Part shown: positions 59,320 to 64,000 of the stretch, one piece after another
How the letters are laid out: every line of letters starts with the position of its first letter
How positions within the stretch are numbered: the stretch's first letter is position 1
From: an uncultured Verrucomicrobiae bacterium
GTDB lineage: Bacteria; Verrucomicrobiota; Verrucomicrobiia; Chthoniobacterales; JAFAMB01
DNA length: 64,000 bases
Assembly: GCA_963762565.1 (NCBI GenBank)
Contig: CAVXLD010000010.1
Location: 32,001 to 96,000, forward strand
Reading direction: 5' to 3'
The notes under the pieces: generated by a model
What the model was told of the DNA's origin: nothing
What the model saw: the letters and a program-made list of their open reading frames with translations, nothing else
The model's database searches: none
Position numbers and translations under genes: made by a program

Positions 59320-62228
59320 TTAAAACTTCTTCTCGATCTCCACGTAGAAGTAACGCTGAAAAGCGTTCGTGACCTGGGTATCAAATCCTTCCGTAGTGGC
59401 ATCAGAAAACGGAGGCCGGGTATCAAAAATATTGTTGATACCGAATACCAGCTTGGTGCCGGCCAACCAGGTACGAATACCACCAGTGCGAGCCTCCGGA
59501 ACCGGAGCGACCGCTTTTTCACCAACGACCCGTTTGCCTTCCTTGTTATACCCGGGTTTCGGTGTTTCGGGAGTCACTATCTCGGGCTTACCGAATTCAT
59601 AACTGATCTGCCAATCGAAGGTCAGCCAGTTGCCCACGACGTGGGTCTGAGTGAAACCGGTCTCTGCCACCAATTGAGGGATCGTCAACCCCTCCGATTG
59701 GAAATCGCTACCGTTACCGTCATGTTCGGAGTCGACGAAATTTAGGGTCAACCCGGTCTTGAACGTGTCTACGCCGAAGAGGGTTTTCGAATAAAAGATA
59801 CTCGCCACCATCTTGAAGTCGGGAGTGGTGAAGGAATCAGTAATATTGAAAACCGGAGCGTTCCGCACAAACTGCTCAGAGGAGTAATAGATCCAGGACG
59901 CATCAAGTTCGCCAGTCAGTTTCCCCCAGCTATACTCTTTGGTCGCGTAGCTCGCCCCAAAGTCGACCACATCAACCAAGAGGTTCCCTAGATTCTCTAA
60001 CGGATCATCAACGGTGGTAATCGTACCGCTCGAATCCCGGTGAACGAAGCCGGGAAATTCGGTGGGGTTATTGACCACGTCCTGCGCCGGAATTTGGCCA
60101 ATGAGACTGTTTTTTGTGATTTGGATCCAGTCGACGTAGGCGGTAAACCCGTTGGCCCATCCCCACCAGCTATGTTCCGGGTCTGCGCTTCCAGGGCTCC
60201 AGACCACCCCAGCATAATAGCTGTAACCGGTTTCCGGCTTTAGCTTAGGATTGCCTACGGTCACAATCCCTACTTCGGGTTGGGTCTGGGTAACAGGATC
60301 CACTACGAAAGTGAATGCTTCCAAAGGCCCGGTATATAGCTCTTCAACTGAGGGCGCCCGAAAGCTTTCGGAATAGCTAGCCCGGAAGGTCAGATCATCG
60401 AAAGGTTTGTAACGGATCGAGATCTTCGGTTTAGCGGCGTCGCCAAAGGAGCTATAGGAATCGTAACGTTCGGACAAGTCTACTTCTAGTAAGCGCATAC
60501 CTGGCCAGGACCACTGGCCACCAAAGATCGGGATGATGAGCTGTCCATAAGCGCTCTTGACGTAATCGTTACCGATCGCGTTTTGTTTAAACCCGCTCGC
60601 AGTGATGTTCCCGATAATGTAATTCGGATCGTTTCTTTCGAGGTAATTATCCGAGCGGTATTCCAAGCCGCCACCCACGGTAAAAGCCCCAGAAGGGAGA
60701 TAAAACAAATCGCCACCAGCACGAACTGTCCACTGAACCAAGTTCGTACTCGCTTCTGTGTTCGCGGTGTACCGGAGCGCCTTTATGAACTGCTGGTTAG
60801 GATTGAGGTTGGTATCAATGAATGGATTCAGAGAATTGACCGGTGAGACCCGGCAGCGTGCCGGACAAAGCCTCGTTCAAACGAGAATCCAAGGTAGCAT
60901 TATAGTTTGTCATGGTGGCATCGCTCTCGGAATAAAGAAAACTGGCATCCAAGAAGAAATTGTTCGGCAAGTTAATCAGCCGAATGCCCCCGACGTTGCG
61001 ATACGTGTTAATGACTGATTCGACTTTGCGTTGACCCAGGTTCAGTAAGCGACCAAACCAATCGAGCGGCTCACCAAAAGGATTGAAGGGGTTGTTCGTC
61101 GGTACAACGACCCCGTCGGTATTGGTGATCGGCGAGGCCGTGAAGTTGGCGAACTCGTCCTGACGCTGATAGAGGAAATCGTCGTAAAGCTGGACAAATT
61201 TAAACGGCTGGAAAGTCATTTTTTCGTAGGTGCCAATTCTTTGCTCCCGAGGAATGAGTTCGACGCCCGGAACGGTATTATAAAGGTTGAAGGCGACGTT
61301 AGTAACGAAGTTCGCTGGTGTAACAATCGGTCCAGCCGTCCCGGGAATCAGCGAGTAGAGATTGCCGGTGTTTACGCCGATGAAATTGCCCGCCGGAGTT
61401 CGAGCGGACTGAAGGTCGCTGTATTGGGGGCTCAACAGCGAATGGTTCACGTTACTGGAGTAGGGGCGATCGACTGCCAGAATTGGGCTGGTCTCGTCGT
61501 AATCGAAGGAGGCAACAATGCTCAGTTTCGAGTCATCGCTCCAAAGCTTCTGCGAAATCCCGGCGGTTAGCTGGACGTGGTCCTCTTCGTAGTCGCCGCG
61601 CTGGCTGATACCGTAATGATACCGGATATCAGCGCCGTTGTATTCGTCCTTCATCAGGACGTTGATGACGCCGGCGATAGCATCCGAACCATAAATCGAG
61701 CTTGCGCCGTCCTTCAGAATCTCGATGCGATCGACAGCTGATAGCGGGATCGTATTCAGGTCAACAAAGGGTTCGAAACCGTTTTGTGGGAAACGGCCCG
61801 TTCGTCAGGCGAAACCCGTCGATTAAGACCAGGGTAGAACTGAAACCAACCCCATAAAGGTTCGCAGTCGAGCCTCCAGGCGAAAAACTCGCACCGGCGT
61901 TGACCATCTGAGTGAACGCGCCAGTGTTCTGCGGCAACTTCTGGATCACATCGGAGACCGTTTGGTCCCCCTGGTTTTCGATGAATGTTTGATCGATCGT
62001 AGCAACAGGCTGCGTACCTTCGCCGACACGCGGAACGATGTAACCGGTCACTGTGACTTGTTGCAACTGGCCTTGGTTCTCAATGCCAGTACCGGCGAGC
62101 GTTGATTCCGGTGTCGGAGTGGGACTAGGAGCTTGCGCCCGAAGGTTGCTGGTTAAAGCAAGCGTTAGCAAAAACCCAGCTGTGGCGACAAATCCCACAA
62201 CTGAGTGGAAACGTTTCTTAATTATCAT
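59320..62228 (-). CDS. TonB-dependent receptor, two frameshifts (~61790, ~60830)
   Basis: Signal peptide, QVTVTG, plug STLVLIDG / DRIEILKDGASSIYGSDAIAGVIN, GNPKLKPE, C-terminal F. Confidence 0.92.
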
Positions 62229-62797
62229 TGTTTTGATCCTTGGATTCTCCGAGAAGCCATCTCTCGAGGTGGCCACCCGCGAAAATGGCGGACAGAGACA
62301 GACCAGACCTTCCGCCACGGCGACCCTGATTAGTCGCAACGGCTTCTGCTAGTGAAAGGACTGACTAATTCCCCTGCCAATCGTCTGCCGCCCGTTTTGC
62401 AAAAAAATCGTGATTTGGTCAAGACAATCATGAGCAATTTTTGAACGAATGATGCGGACTTCTGTCACACCGGTCTCGCAGAGCCGCGAAAAGGCACAAG
62501 AAACGCAAAATGGACCGCGAATAAACGGTTAGCATCGCGCAGAGGGCGCAAAGGGCGCGGAGGTTTTAACCCGAAATTGAATGGGGTTAGATCCAGACTC
62601 GACTTCACCCCTTCCCTTTGCGTTCCTTGGCGTCCTTTGCGCGAGGATTTTGTTTGGTTGCGGCTCCGTCGCGCTGCGCCTCTTTGCGGCGATTTTCTTT
62701 GGTCTATCGGCTTAGTTCCCCGCAGATACGTTAGGAACTCAGGAGTGCTGCAAAAACAGTTGAGAAAAGAGGCGTAGCGGCTACAAATTCGTAGCAC

Positions 62798-63049
62798 ATG
62801 AAAATAGCCACGGTACGAGAACTTCGCAATCGATACACGACGGTGCTAAAATGGATCGAAGCTGGGGAAGAAGTCGCCATCAGCCGTCGCGGCGTCATCA
62901 TCGCTCGCTTGGTTCCGGAAAAACACCAGCAAACTGATAAAGTTGACTGGGCGCAGAGCGCCGCTTTCCGGCGCGATCGATCCGGAGAACGTGTGTTAAC
63001 CGCGGAGGAAACCGCGGCTTTGCTGAGCGAAAACAAAGGGAACTGGTAA
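62798..63049 (+). CDS. Phd/YefM-family antitoxin
   Basis: ATVRELRN...GEEVAISRRG..IARLVP. Confidence 0.9.
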   Translation: MKIATVRELRNRYTTVLKWIEAGEEVAISRRGVIIARLVPEKHQQTDKVDWAQSAAFRRDRSGERVLTAEETAALLSENKGNW

Positions 63050-63053
63050 GCCC

Positions 63054-63487
63054 ATGCCGATCTGCTGCGATACAAGCTTCCTATTTGCGACGTACGCTAA
63101 CGATGTTCATACAAGGAAAGCGTTGTCTGAACTTAACCAGATTAGCAGAGCCATTCACATCTCGGTTCTGAACCAATTTGAATTTGAGAACGCGCTCCGT
63201 TTAGCGGCGTTTCGTAAGCTCTTACCGACTGGCAGCGTACTAAGCATCCTGGCAGATTTCGAAGCCGACTTTGGATCTGGCAAACTGATTCTGGCGCCTG
63301 TTAACCTCGCATCCGCAATCGCGGAAGCGCGGCGTTTATCGGCGCGTTACACGCTGAGACTGGGGCATCGGGCCTTCGACAATTACACATTGGCGCCGCC
63401 CTTAGCCTTCGGGCCACGACGTTCCTGTCTTTTGACGAACGCCAACGAAAATTGGCCGGTGCCGAAGGACTATTGGTGAAACCTTGA
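63054..63487 (+). CDS. VapC/PIN toxin, single-base frameshift near 63380
   Basis: CDTSFL, EFENAL, RAFD; then in another frame LHIGAAL...FLSFDERQRKLA.AEGL to TGA 63487. Confidence 0.88.
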
Positions 63488-63767
63488 CCGGATATCTCCT
63501 TGTGTAACTGAGGTTGCAGATCGAGCAAATCCGCGATGAATTTTAAGCTGCCATCGGCCGCGAATAACCGGGTTAGCATCGCGCAGGGGCGCAAAGGTCG
63601 CGGAGGTTTTGACCCGAAATTGAGTTGGGGTAGATCCGGACTCGACTCACCCCTTCACTTTGCGTTCCTTTGCGTCCTTTGCGCGAGGATTTTGTTTGGT
63701 TGCAGCTCACTTGCGCCCCCCTAGATGAACACGAACGCACTGAAAAAAAGGCGAACCGCTGGCTGCC

Positions 63768-64000
63768 TCAATTGTTAGCTTGAGGACTATTGGCCGGAAA
63801 ATCAGCCGTGACTTCTTGCCTGACAATACGGACGTCGATGATGTTCGGGTAACTGCTAGCTTCCGGAGCAAAGGACAACCACGCTGGTACAACAGCGACA
63901 GCGAACAGGTCAGGCCGTGGTCCGAACATTCCCTCGCCGGCCTTTTTATGGCAGACCAACTGGGCTGTCAATAACTCGCCCGTTTTGTGTTGTTTAACAG
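63768..64000 (-). CDS. 3' end of a hypothetical gene entering from beyond the window
   Basis: Frame open from the window edge; ends PNIIDVRIVRQEVTADFPANSPQANN. Confidence 0.6.
   Translation of the reverse strand, partial: VKQHKTGELLTAQLVCHKKAGEGMFGPRPDLFAVAVVPAWLSFAPEASSYPNIIDVRIVRQEVTADFPANSPQANN

Larger units (their letters stand above)
62527..63708. repeat. ~140-bp palindromic direct repeats (62527-62666, 63571-63708) flanking a TA pair
   Basis: Highly similar copies of GGTTAGCATCGCGCAG...TTTGCGCGAGGATTTTGTTTGGTTGC.GCTC. Confidence 0.9.

Noticed and set aside
62364..62380. Sigma-54 promoter upstream of the receptor
   Set aside because: TGGCAG-N5-TTAG lacks the conserved -12 GC.

Overview
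Bacterial chromosomal segment. Protein style (RpmF, GuaA, RRM protein, TonB-dependent receptor) suggests Verrucomicrobiota, probably Chthoniobacterales-like; this is inference. Housekeeping genes (PBP1A-like, yebC, dnaE, prs-rplY-pth-rpsF-ssb, RND pump, aat, guaA, coaD, rpmF-plsX-fabH, tatD, pyrD, mnmE, hisC) flank a ~19.3 kb integrated element at tRNA-Leu(TAG), bounded by a 49-bp att repeat (7015-7063 / 26327-26375). The element carries a tyrosine integrase, two stand-alone excisionase-type HTH genes, a Spo11/TopoVI-A-like TOPRIM protein, two lambda-Nu1-like HTH genes, a TIGR04255 + ART-like three-gene module and a frameshifted IS21. No capsid, large terminase, primase or conjugation gene was recognised, so it looks like an unusual phage satellite. 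Best leads: (1) a ~370-nt densely base-paired non-coding region (20451-20820) whose non-canonical pairs are almost all G-U on the + strand, with a second such region at ~17919-18240; (2) a dispersed REP-like family whose hairpin is split by a 68-73-nt insert of conserved length but divergent sequence; (3) small genes and a TA pair bracketed by long direct repeats. Many single-base frameshifts in accessory genes may be long-read errors. All family calls are by eye from motifs; no database search was run.
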